DNA of 64,000 nt from the human T2T-CHM13v2.0 reference genome, Homo sapiens, in NCBI RefSeq assembly GCF_009914755.1, contig NC_060925.1. One strand, written 5' to 3'. Below, piece after piece: positions 13,991 to 25,335 of this stretch (positions within the stretch are counted from its first letter, which is position 1; each line of letters begins with the position of its first letter). The notes under the pieces were generated by a model. The model saw only the letters and a program-made list of their open reading frames with translations, searched no databases and was not told where the DNA came from. Position numbers and translations under genes: made by a program.

Positions 13991-13999
13991 TAGATAGAT

Positions 14000-14038
<39 letters not shown>
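13991..14038 (+). repeat. (GATA)n tetranucleotide STR, ~11 units
   Basis: Seen directly. Confidence 0.95.
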
Positions 14039-14609
14039 GCCTAACAACAGAATCCCTAAACACATGAAGCAAATATAGACAGAACTCAAAAGAGTAATAG
14101 ACATTTCAAAGGTAATAGTTGTGTATTTCAATATCTTGCCCTCAATAGCTAATAAAACAACTTCGGAAAAACATTCAGCAAGGGTATAGACTTGTACAAT
14201 TCTACCAACCAATTCAACCTAACTGACATATTTAGGACATGCCAAACAATGACTGCAAAATATATAATCTTTTTAAGTACACAAAAAATATTCTCCAAGA
14301 TAGATTATAGGGTGGGGTACAAAATAAGTCTCAATACATTTTTTACAAAGGTCATCATACTAAGTGCGTTTTCTGTTCACAACGCAATTTAATTAGAAAT
14401 AACTAACAGAAAGGTCCCTGGAAAGCCCTCAAGTACATAGAAACTAAATAGAATAATTCTAAATAAGCCAAATAATAAATTAAATAGAAAATTAGAAATT
14501 ATTTTAAATTTAACGAAAATGAAAAGACAACATATCACAATTCATGAGATGCAGCTTTATATTTTGTAGTTTTCACTGTGTGAATCCTGAACATTTTTGT
14601 GCATTATTC

Positions 14610-15320
14610 CACTGAAATGGCTATAGTCAATTACATAGACAATACTAAGTATATGTGTGGATATGGGATAACTGGAGTTCACTAACATTGTTGGTGAGAA
14701 TGTAAAATGATACAGCTACTTTGGAAAACAGTTTGGTAGTTTCTGAAAATGTTAAATATAAGTTTACCAAACAACACAGAAATTCCATTTCCTGGCAATG
14801 TACCCAAGAACAATAAAAGTATACGTCCACACAAAGTTTTGTATGTGTATGTTCAAGAAAGTATTATTTACATTAACTAATGCAAATGATGAATCCAAAT
14901 ATTAATCAACGGGTGCATGGATATACAAAATGTGATAAATCTATAAAATCAAATACTATTCAGCAATAAAAAGGAATGAAATACTGATACATGCTCTACA
15001 TGGATGAATCTCCTAACATTATGCTAAGTGAAACAAGCCAGATACAAATGGCCACATGTTGCATGTTTCCATTTATATGAAATATCCAGAATACACAAAT
15101 TTACAGATGCAGAAAACAGATCAATGGTTGTCTGAAGTTAAGGGTTGGAACAGGAATTAATGACAGCCTAAAAGACATTTTCTTGTGTGATAGAAACGTT
15201 ATAAAACTGTATTGTAGTGATGATTGCCAACTCTATAAATATCCCAAATGTCACTGAGTTGTACAATTGTAATGGAAAATTTTTATAGTTTATAAATCGT
15301 ACCCTAATAAAACTGTTAAA
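14610..15320 (+). mobile_element. L1MB/L1ME-like 3' end
   Basis: TGTTGGTGAGAATGTAAAATG...TACTATTCAGCAATAAAAAGGAATGAA...AATAAAACTGTT. Confidence 0.7.
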
Positions 15321-15973
15321 GCACATATGCAAAAATATTCATCAAAATTCAGTAACTCTACGTAGCATTTTAGTTTTATATATAAATTGCCAGTTGAGAA
15401 ATTACTTAAAATTCAGTCAATTTCTAAGGAAGTTCAACCATAAAAATAAATAGGCTTCCTGAAAATAAGACTAATTAACTAATTACTCATTTTTGACTCA
15501 GGTTTTGTATTGACAAAAACACTCTTTGAAAGATCCATCATCACTGACAAATCGAGTTAACATGAAATTACTTATGATTTCTTTCTGCCACTGTACATAT
15601 ACAATGTGTAGTTACCCTAGATATGCATCCAAAATCTCTTTAAGAATCACAACATGTACCATGTTGTGATTTACAAAGTAAATATAGTAAAAGGAAGAAC
15701 CCAGATATCACCTACTTCTTTTTACAAATGGCTTCCATTTACTGTGTTCCTGCAGTCTATCTCTGCTATCTGTAGAAAATTTATTAATTGCTTTTTCTAA
15801 AATGGACCCTCCATATTAATAAATTCTAATTGCTAATTGCTCCCGCATCAAATCAGCATTTCTAAATTCAAAAGACAATAAAACTTAGATGTAATGAAAA
15901 ATGTACTACTTAAGTATGTTGATCCTGCATAGAATTTAGAGCTGGCAAAGGGTAAATTGGGATATCAGGAGTG

Positions 15974-16159
15974 TAGTGGTTTGCTGATAGATATTTAACA
16001 ACTAGGCCTTAAAAAAAAATCTGTTTTCTAATTTCTACTGTGTAAATGCTACCACCATGGCCAATTTCAAGATGGTGATGTCAGTCAGCTTGCAAAATTC
16101 CTGAACATTTAATATTTGGCTCTTATAAGCTGGAACAAATTAACTCCAACACACTACTT
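15974..16159 (-). mobile_element. MER63A-like hAT-Blackjack non-autonomous DNA transposon
   Basis: Degenerate TIRs TAGTGGTTTGCTG...CCAACACACTACT; internal CCACCATGGCCAATTTCAAG and GCAAAATTCCTGAA; near 8-bp TSD CAGGAGTG/CCAGAGTG. Confidence 0.75.
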
Positions 16160-16677
16160 CCAGAGTGTCTTCACTTGCTTTACTAAAACATGAACTGTGT
16201 TGATGTGCACCTGTTTTTGGAATCTTTGATTCATTATGCTGTACTGTTTCTCCATTAGCTTTTAAAGCACATATACATAAACATTCATCTACCATTTTGA
16301 TTTTATATGTAAAGTGTCAATTGAAAAATTACCTAAAATTCAGCCGATTGCTAAGGAAGTTTAACCGTAAAAAGACAATTAAGATTATTGAGGGCACTAA
16401 AGGCTTAAGTTCATTGAGGACAAGATTTCATGCAGAAGTTCCCACAGAGAGCACATTGTTCTCTGACCACTTGTATTCCTGATGGATATATTCAAGGAAT
16501 TCTGGTGAAGCTCCCATGATCAGGATTCCTGTCCCAGCTGCTGGGAAAGATTGGATTCTGAATTGGAAGATGTCTATGAAGAGAAGCCTACAGACTTTGA
16601 TACATTTCCACAGGAAAATATGAGACTCTTACTTAGTATCATTTAAGGGACACTTAGAGTGGCACCTCCACTTCTAG

Positions 16678-17133
16678 CTGTGGCTTGGATTTATGTTGTC
16701 CAAAATTACCTTCTTTGAATGGTTCTAATTTAGAGTTTACCAATGGGAAAATTTCATTTAAGATTTAGAATTCAGAAGAGAGGGGAAGTTATTATTCTTA
16801 GGAGACTGAGGTGATCTCTCACAATAACACTAGACAGGAAAACAGACAATGTGCCAGGTTCACAGGCCTCTCTACTGCCCACTCTTCTTTCTCACTTCCT
16901 AGCCCTACTTTGGTGGCTAGATACTCACGACTTCTCAGACTTCCCCCACATGTTCTGGCTTTTCCATCTGCTTCAGTGCTCCAGGCTGCAGCAACTGGTG
17001 ACTTTCTCTGATCCTCTTCCAAACTTCAGTTGCACTATTCTCACATTTGTGTCAGTCCTCCTTCTTAATTAAACCCCTTATTCTTGTAATACTTACATTA
17101 TTGCTGTCTTCTGGCTAAATCTAGAGTGATACT
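16678..17133 (+). mobile_element. Old ERVL-class LTR (LTR33/LTR16-like), 5' of the ERVL internal region
   Basis: CCAATGGG box, ATTAAACCCCTT polyA-like signal, ends GTGATAC directly before ERVL internal sequence; subfamily uncertain. Confidence 0.5.
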
Positions 17134-19260
17134 GTTTTTAGCACCAATAGCTGTTCGAAGATGTCAAAACTCTAAAAAATGAGGCCATATAGTTTTTTGC
17201 TATGATCAGATTTAAAGACATTAATGACCCCACTGGTAATGACAAATGGACACCAGTTGTCTATTCATTGTAGTGACAAATCAGTTACTTAAATTACCAT
17301 CTGTAATCACTTGAAGTAATGCATGATGGTATTGTTAAGGTTGAGTGGCCAAGTTCCTGGCACACTGGAACATAAGAGTGGGAAAAAAACAATATAAGGT
17401 TGTAGAGTCAGGTAGCTATCCCTGTCTGTGCTGGAGAACTTAGAGAAAAGTTGAGCTCATGTCTTATAGGACTTCTGTGCATTCCCAGAAACAATCCCTT
17501 ATATTTTGTATCTGTAGGTTAAAATTTCTGAAAACTGAACTCAAAATCTAATCCTGCAATTGGTTGAATTATAATACAAATTAAAATTTAAATCCTTGAA
17601 GAGCTGCTTTTGTTAAAGTTTGGGTGTTAACAATGAGTCCCTGAAAACTGAGATGGGATATTTGAATAGATTCCAATTGTACTGAGCAATTTTAACCTCC
17701 AACTTCTACTAAACCTCCATGGCTTGTAAAACAGTCCTTCCTCTTCTAATGATGATCCATTTTCCTGAAAAAAAAAAAAAACAAAAAAAAAACATGTAAT
17801 GACCTACCCTGAAAGAGATGCCTTGTAGGGTATCTACTTGCACTATTTTTCATTGCTTTTATGACCAATAACTAGATTCGAATCCCAGCAGTTTCTAGAG
17901 GAATAGGTACAAAGTCTGACCTGGAAGAAAACACAAAGTTGCAAAATGCTGCCAATTTCTATGAACAAAAACACAGAAAATTTGTCTGGGTATTCAATTG
18001 AGATGGAATGAATGTAATGTTCAGTTAGGCTAATTCTACTGATATGAGTGCACTATCAAAAATTCTGGATTTAATGCATTGGCTCAAGTAAGTAGGGGGT
18101 AGATTCTAGAATTTCATTTTGTTGGTTGACTAAAACCTTCACTTAAAGATGGCCTACATTAAATTAAGTTGATATGTTGGAACTTCTTCGTTGTACTGCA
18201 GAAGAGCAGTAATCAGAGTAATTTGACATTCGGCAGTGGCTAATTGACAGCGGTGTCCCTGTGACTGAAATAAATGATGTGTGCAAGTAAAACCAAACAA
18301 AAACAAACAGATCTCTGGGTATGATGATTTGAGCTACAAATATAGTGAGGCATACTTTTTATCCAGTGCCCAGGCTTCAGGTAGTTCCCAAACACAGCAC
18401 CCCTTGAATTAAGAAAATTATATATCCTCTTGAAGAAGTGCCCTGCTACACTGCCAAACATTTATACTACAAATATTCCACTCTGAAAGAACTTGCTTCC
18501 CCTTACCAGGGTGACTGTGCTTTTGGAAACAAAAGGTATATTCAGAATGTCCAGGAGTTCTCAGGAACTGGCTGTCACTTGATTTGACCCCTGAGGACCC
18601 CAAAGCTAGGCTTATGTCCATCTTACAGTGGGTCCATTGTTTACCCAACCAAACTTCTGGTTATTTTCTCAGTTCTAGAATGCATTCTGGTAACAGAACT
18701 ACTCAGCAATTGGCAGGGTTTCCATATTGGTTCTGCTAGCTATGGAGTGAAAGTTTTATAGTAGGAAAGGCCATGTGGGAAACTGGAAAACTTCTTCTTG
18801 CCAAAAGAGTAAACAAAAACAGTATCACGTTCTTTAAGGGATCTCAGATATAAGTGCCACCAGCAAAAACTTGAAGCCTGCAGAAGTGGTATCTATATTG
18901 TCTGCCCACTCAACTAACCAACCTATTTTGCTGTATAGCACACAGGTTTACTGTCACTGGAGAACAACAGCAAGTTATCATAATCTTCATCATAATCTTC
19001 ATTAGTTGTGAATCTAATTACAACTATGTTCAAGTTCAAATGTGATTTCTAAACTGGAGCAAATTAACACAGGACATAGTCTCTGGTATGCAGCTATTGA
19101 TCTGACAGATGACTTTTTCCCTGTGTTTGTTAGAAAGACCACTAAAAATGTTTTTTATTTACTTAGCAGAACAGCAATACACTTTCATTATCATGCCCTA
19201 GGACTAAGTCAACTCTCTAGTGCCCTGCCATAGTTTAATATGCATGGTCTTTGTTAGTAT
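17134..19260 (+). mobile_element. ERVL internal (gag/pro/RT remnants), heavily decayed
   Basis: LEQINTGHSLWYAAIDLTDDFF (within the 19042-19233 ORF) matches ERVL RT LEQINTxxGTWYAAIDLANAFF. Confidence 0.75.
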
Positions 19261-19266
19261 TGCCAT

Positions 19267-19490
19267 TGTTTTAGTTATCTGTTGCTGTGTAACAAACCAC
19301 CCAAAACTTGACAGTAATTTATTATGTTTCATTGTTCTGTGGCTTGGCTTAGCTCAACTGGGCAGTTCTCAATTGTGGTCTCTCCTGTGGAAGTATGCCA
19401 TGAAAAGAAAGTGAAAGTTGTAAGACTCTTGATGCAAATGGCAACATGTGCACACCCGAAGAAAAAGAATTGATCGAGGCCATTTATTTT
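19267..19490 (-). mobile_element. MLT1 (F/G/H-like) LTR fragment
   Basis: TGTTTTAGTTATCTGTTGCTGTGTAACAAACCACCCAAAACTT...CTCAACTGGGCAGTTCT. Confidence 0.65.
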
Positions 19491-19507
19491 TATTGGAAAA
19501 GTGGGTA

Positions 19508-21322
19508 TTTATTTTTTATATTATTTTTAATTGACAAATCATAATTATGTTACAATAATGAAGTGCAGTGTGATGTTTTGATATCTGTACACAATGTGAG
19601 GTAATTAAATCAAGCTAATTAATGTATATATCACCTCACTTGATTCTTTTGTAGTGGTGCATTTGAAATTTACTCTCAGTTATTTTGAAATTTACAGTGA
19701 ATTATTATTGACTATAGTCACTTTACTGTGCAATAGATGACAAAATTTTATTCCTTCTGTCTAGCTATAAACTTGTACCCTTCGATGGGTAACTCCCCAT
19801 TCCTTCTCTCTCCACCCCATACCCTCTAGTAACAATCATTTTACTCTCTACTTCCATGAATTCAACTTCTTAAAAGATTCCACAGGTAAGTGAGGTTGTA
19901 GCTATTTATCTTTCTGTTCCAGGATTATTTCACTTGGTATAATTTCCTCTAGACCCATCCATGTTGTACCAAATAACAAAATTTTATGCTTTGTAAAGGC
20001 TGAATAGTATTCCATTGTGTATATATTACCACATTTTCTTTATTGATTCATCCATGATAGACACTTAGTTTGATCCCATATCTTAGCTATTGTAAATAAT
20101 GCTGCAATAAACATGAGAATGCAGATATCCTTTCCACATATTAATTTCAATTCATCTTGATATGTTCCCAGAATTGGAATTGCTGAATCATATGGTAGTT
20201 TCATTTTTGGTCTTTTGAGGAACATTGATACCATTTTCTGTAATGGTTATACTAATTTTATATTCCCATCAACAGTGTGCAAGGGTTTCCTTTTCTCCAT
20301 GTTCTTGCCAACACTTTTTTTTTAAATCAAACCCATTCTGACAGGTATAAGATAATATCTCATTGTGGTTTTAATTTGTGTTTCTTTAATGATTAGTGAT
20401 GCTGCGCATTTTTTCATGAACCTGTTGGCCATTTGTATGTCTTCTTTTGAGACATATCTGTCCAGGTCCTTTGCCCATTATTTAATTGGGTTCTTTCCTT
20501 GCTGTTGAATGGCTTGAGTTTTCTATATGTTTTGGATATTCACCCCTTATGAGATGTATGGTTTGTAAATATTTTTTCCAACTCTGTGGGTTGTCTCTTC
20601 ACTTCCTTAATTTCTTATTTTGCTGTGCATAAGCTTTTCAGTTTGATGTAATCACTGTCTGTTTTTGCCTTTGTTGCCTAAACTTTTGAGGCCATATCCA
20701 AAAAATCATTGCCTGGACCAACACTGTAGAATATTTCCCCTATATTTTATTCTAGTAGTTTTATCATTTCAGGTTTTACGTTTAAGTCTTTACTCCATTG
20801 TAAGTGGATCTTTTGTGCATTGTGTAAGATAAAGTTATAATTTCATTACTCTGCATGTAGATAGCCAGTTTTCTCAGCACTGTTTACTAAATCAACTGTC
20901 CTTTCCCTATTGTGTGTTCTTGGCAACTTTATCAAAAATCAATTGGCCATAAATGCATGGATTTATTTCTAGACTTTCAATCCTATTCCATTTGTCTGTG
21001 AGTCTGTTTCTATGCCAGTATCATACTGTTTTGATTACAATTGCATTATAATATATTCTGAAGTCAGTATGATGACTCCAGCTTTGTTCTTTTTGCTCAA
21101 GAGTGTTTTGGCTCTTCATGGTCTTTTGTGGTTCCATTAGAACTTAAGGATTTTTTTATTTCTGTGGAAAATGACATTGAAATTTTGGCAGGTATTGCAC
21201 TGAATCTGTAGATTGCTTTGGGCAATATGGATTTTTTAGCAGTCTTAATTCTTCCAATCCATAAACATGAGATATGTTTCTGTTTGTGTCCTCTTTGATT
21301 TCTTTCATTAGTGTTTTATAGT
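19508..21322 (-). mobile_element. L1MA8/9-like 3' portion
   Basis: T-rich antisense L1; ORF2 C-terminal peptide LPYDSAIPILGTY...MFIAALFTIAKIW (20040-20234). Confidence 0.85.
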
Positions 21323-21362
21323 AATATAAAGTTATATAGAGAGAAAGTTATATATATAGAAA

Positions 21363-24300
21363 CTCTTGCTTCTCTAGTTCTTTTAATTCTGATGTTAGGG
21401 TGTCAATTTTAGATCTTTCCTGCTTTCTCTTGTGGGCATTTAGTGCTATAAATTTCCCTCTACACACTGCTTTAAATGTGTCCCAGAGATTCTGGTATGC
21501 TGTGTCTTTGTTCTCATTGGTTTCAAAGAACATCTTTATATCTGTCTTCATTTCGTTATATACCCATTAGTCATTCAGGAGCAGGTTGTTCAGTTTCCAT
21601 GTAGTTGAGTGGTTCTGAGTGAGTTTCTTAATCCTGGAGTTCTAATTTGATTGCACTGTGGTCTGAGAGACGGTTTGTTATAATTTCTTTTACATTTGCT
21701 GAGGAGTGCTTTACTTCCAACTATGTGGTCAATTTTGGTATAAGTGTGATGTGGTGCTGAGAAGAATGTATATTCTGTTGATTTGGGGTGGAGAGTTCTG
21801 TAGATATCTATTAGGTCTGCTTGGTGCAGAGCTGTGTTCAAGTCCTGGATATCCTTGTTGCCTTTCTGTCTTGTTGATCTGTCTAATGTTGACAGTGGGG
21901 TGTTAAAGTCTCCCATTATTATCGTGTGGGAGTCCAAGTCTCTTTGTAGGTCTCTAAGGACTTGCTTTATGAATCTGGGTGCTCCTGTATTGGGTGCATA
22001 TATATTTAGGATAGTTAGCTCTTCTTGTTGAATTGATACCTTTACCATTATGTAATGGTCTTCTTTGTCTCTTTTGATCTTTGTTGGTTTAAAGTCTGTT
22101 TTATCACAGACTAGGATTGCAACCCCTGCTTTTTTTTTCTGTTTTGTTTTCCATTTGCTTGGTAGATCTTCCTCCATCTGTTTATTTTGAGCCTATGTGT
22201 GTCTCTGTGCATGAGATGGGTTTCCTGAATACAGCACACTGATGGGTCTTGACTCTATCCAATTTGCCAGTCTGTGTCTTTTAATTGGAGCATTTAGCCC
22301 ATTTACATTTAAGGTTAATATTGTTATGTGTGAATTTGATCCTGTCATTATGATGTTAGCTTGTTATTTTGCTCATTAGTTGATTCAGTTTCTTCCTAGC
22401 ATCGATGGTCTTTACAATTTGGCATGTTTTTCCAGTGGCTGGTACCGGTTGCTCCTTTCCATGTTTAGTGCTTCCTTCTGGAGCTCTTTTAAGGCAGGCC
22501 TGGTGGAGACAAAATCTCTCAGCGTTTGCTTGTCTGTAAAGGCTTTTATTTCTCTTTCACTTATGAAGCTTAGTTTGGCTGGATATTAGATTCTGGGTTG
22601 AAAGTTCTTTTCTTTAAAAATATTGGATATTTGCCCCCACTCTCTTCTGGCTTGTAGAGTTTCTGCCAAGAGATCCACTGTTAGTCTGATGGGCTTCTGT
22701 TTGTGGGTAACCTGACCTTTGTTTCTGGCTGCCCTTAACATTTTTTCCTTCATTTCAACCTTGGTGAACCTGACAATTATGTGCCTTGGGGTTGCTCTCC
22801 TCGAGGAGTACCTTTGTGGCATTCTCTTCATTTTCTGAATTTGAATGTTGGCCTGTCTTGCTAGGTTGGGGAAGTTCTCCTGGATAATACCCTGAATAGT
22901 GTTTTCCAACTTGGTTCCATTCTCTCTGTCACTTTCAGGTACACCAATCAAACGTAGATTTGGTCTTTTCACATAGTCCCATATTTCTTGGAAGTTTTGC
23001 TCATTTCTTTTTACTCTTTTTTCTCTCAACTTCTCTTCTCACTTCATTTCATTCATTTGATCTTCAATCACTGGTATCTTTTCCTCCACTTGATCGAATC
23101 TGCTACTGAAGCTTGTGCATGTGTCACGTAATTCTCGTGCCATGGTTTTCAGCTCCATCAGCTCATTTAAGGACTTCTCTACACTGTTTATTCTAGTTAG
23201 CCATTCATCTAATCTTTTTTCAAGGTCTTTAGCTTCCTTGTGATGGGCTCGAACATCCTCCTTTAGCTCGGATAAGTTTGTTATTACAGATCTTCTGAAG
23301 CCTACTTCTGTCAACTTGTCAAAGTCATTCTCCGTCCAGCTATGTTCCATTGCTGAAGAGGAGCTGCGATCCTTTGGAGGAGAAGAGGCACTCTGATTTT
23401 TAGAATTTTCAGCTTTTCTGCTTTGGTTTCTTCCCATCTTTGTGGTCTTATCTACTTTTGGTCTTTGATGATGGTGACCTACATATGGGGTTTTGGTGTG
23501 AATGTCCTTTTTGTTGATGTTATTCCTTTCTGTTTGTTTTCCTTCTGACAGTCAGGAATCTCAGCTGCAGGTCTCTTGGAGTTTGCTGGAGGTCCACTCC
23601 AGACCCTGTTTGCCTGAGTATCACCAGCCAAGGCTGCAGAACAGCAAATATTGCAGAACAGCAAATGTTACTGCCTGATCCTTCCTCTGGAAGCTTCGTT
23701 TCAGAGGGGCACCCAGCTCTGTGAGGTGTCAGTCAGCCCCTACTGGGAGGTTTCTTCCAGTTAGGCTACTCGGGGGTCAGGGACCCACTTGAGGAGGCAG
23801 TCTGTCTGTTCTCAGATCTCAAACTCTGTGCTGGGAGAACCACTGCTCTCTTCAAAGCTCTCAGACAGGAACGTTTAAGTCTGCAGAAGTTTCTGCTGCC
23901 TTTTATTCAGCTATGCCCTGCCCGAGAGGTGGAGTCTACAGAGGCAGGCAGGCCTCCTTGAGCTGCAGTGGGCTCCACCCAGTTTGAGCTTCCTAGTGAC
24001 TTTGTTTACCTAGGCAAGCCTCAGCAATGGTGTATGCCCCTCCCCCAGCCTCACTGCCACCTGGCAGTTCAATCTCGGACTTCTGTGCTAGAAGTGAGCA
24101 AGGTTCTGTGGGCGTGGGACCCTCCGAGCCAAGTGTGGGATATAATCTCCTGGTGTGCCATTTGCTACGACGGTTGGAAAAGTGCAGTATTAGGGCGGAA
24201 GTGTCCTGATTTTCCAGGTACTGTCTGTCATGGCTTCCCTTGGCTTGGAAAGGGAATTTCCCAACCCCTTGCACCTCCCAGATGAAGTGATGCCCCGCCC

Positions 24301-24420
24301 TGCTTCAGCTCACTCTCCATGGGCTGCACCCACCAGTCCCAATGAGATGAAACTGGTACCTCAGTTGGAAATGCAGAAATCACCTGTCTTTTATGTCACT
24401 CACACTGGGAGCTGAAGACT
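21363..24420 (-). mobile_element. L1PA5-7-like 5' half: 5'UTR, disrupted ORF1 (23437-22412) and start of ORF2 (ATG 22348); no 3' end
   Basis: ORF1 MGRNQSRKAENSKNQ...; ORF2 EN KKAGVAIL...NIYAPNTGAP...GDFNTPLS; frameshifted. Confidence 0.95.
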
Positions 24421-24425
24421 CTAAA

Positions 24426-24920
24426 TAGATATTTTGTAAGTCTGCAAATGAGGTTTTGGCATAAATAGTACAGACAGAGAAAACACATACATATCCAAAG
24501 TGTTGATTCCAGTTAGAAGAAATTGGCCTTCCAGGGTAGGAGTGTTCTAATTTAATCAATCTGTCACATGGTTGATTTCCCAGCCTTCTCCTTTTTAGCT
24601 TAATGGATTCATGATTAATCTGCTATAGACATTGCAATATATTTGAACTTTTAACAACAAAGCCCCTTGATTTTTCAGGGGAGTGGGGGATGGGCAGGAG
24701 AGGGGTCATCCAGCAACCATGCGACAGGTTGATTAAATTAGAACATTCCCCTTATAAAAGGGCAAAAAATGCTACTAATTGGAGTACACTTCTGATATGT
24801 ATTTGTCTTCCCTGTCCATACTACTTATTCCCAAACCTCATTTGTAGGCTTACAAAATATCTAACTTACATGACATCATGCTTTTCCATACAGCATTGAT
24901 TCTGACCAAGGAATTCATTT
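24426..24920 (+). mobile_element. ERVL integrase remnant with an inverted duplicate arm
   Basis: Degenerate QVD*IRTFP..KG and PYSIDSDQGIH peptides resemble ERVL IN WQVDYIGPLP and PHSIASDQGTHF. Confidence 0.7.
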
Positions 24921-25045
24921 GGTTTGATTTCATTTGCAGTTCTTTACAAATTAGCAAATAAATTTTCAAATTAATCAGAATTTCTAATCATTTCCATCAC
25001 TTGTATGAGCATTACTTTTACATTGTAAAAATTATTTTATTACCT

Positions 25046-25335
25046 ATTTTTTTTTGAGAAAGGGTATCTCTGTGTCACCCTGGATGGACTGCAGGGGTGC
25101 CACTGCAGTTCACTGCAGCTTATACCTCTAGGTTCAATCAATCCTCCTGCAACAGGCTCCTGAGAAGCTGGGACTACAGGCATGCACAACACCCAGCTAA
25201 TTTTTGCATTTTTTTCCAGAGACAGGGTCACCCTATGTTGCTCAGGTTGGTCTCAAACTCCTGGGCAAAAACTATCCTCACAACCTTGGCCTCCCATAGT
25301 GCTGGGATCACAGGCTTGAGCCACCACACCTGGCC
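25046..25335 (-). mobile_element. Alu, AluJ-like
   Basis: Dimeric Alu on the antisense strand, diverged, ends CACCTGGCC. Confidence 0.9.

Larger units (their letters stand above)
11150..14560 (+). mobile_element. Old L1M (L1MC/L1MD-like) ORF1 to ORF2-endonuclease remnant, interrupted several times
   Basis: ORF1 remnants (EIMAENFPN at 12181), ORF2 EN remnants (DLYNSTNQFNLTDIFRT, FSKIDY); A-rich sense strand. Confidence 0.75.

Noticed and set aside
14558-14610. Short antisense L1 piece before a sense L1 3' end (possible twin priming)
   Set aside because: Too short and diverged, and no TSD found to tie the two pieces together
18976-19002. 12-bp tandem duplication TCATAATCTTCA in ERVL
   Set aside because: Ordinary small slippage indel
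21590-23437. Longest ORFs in the track (195, 147 and 132 aa)
   Set aside because: Frameshifted pieces of L1 ORF1/ORF2, not host genes; the element lacks RT and a 3' end
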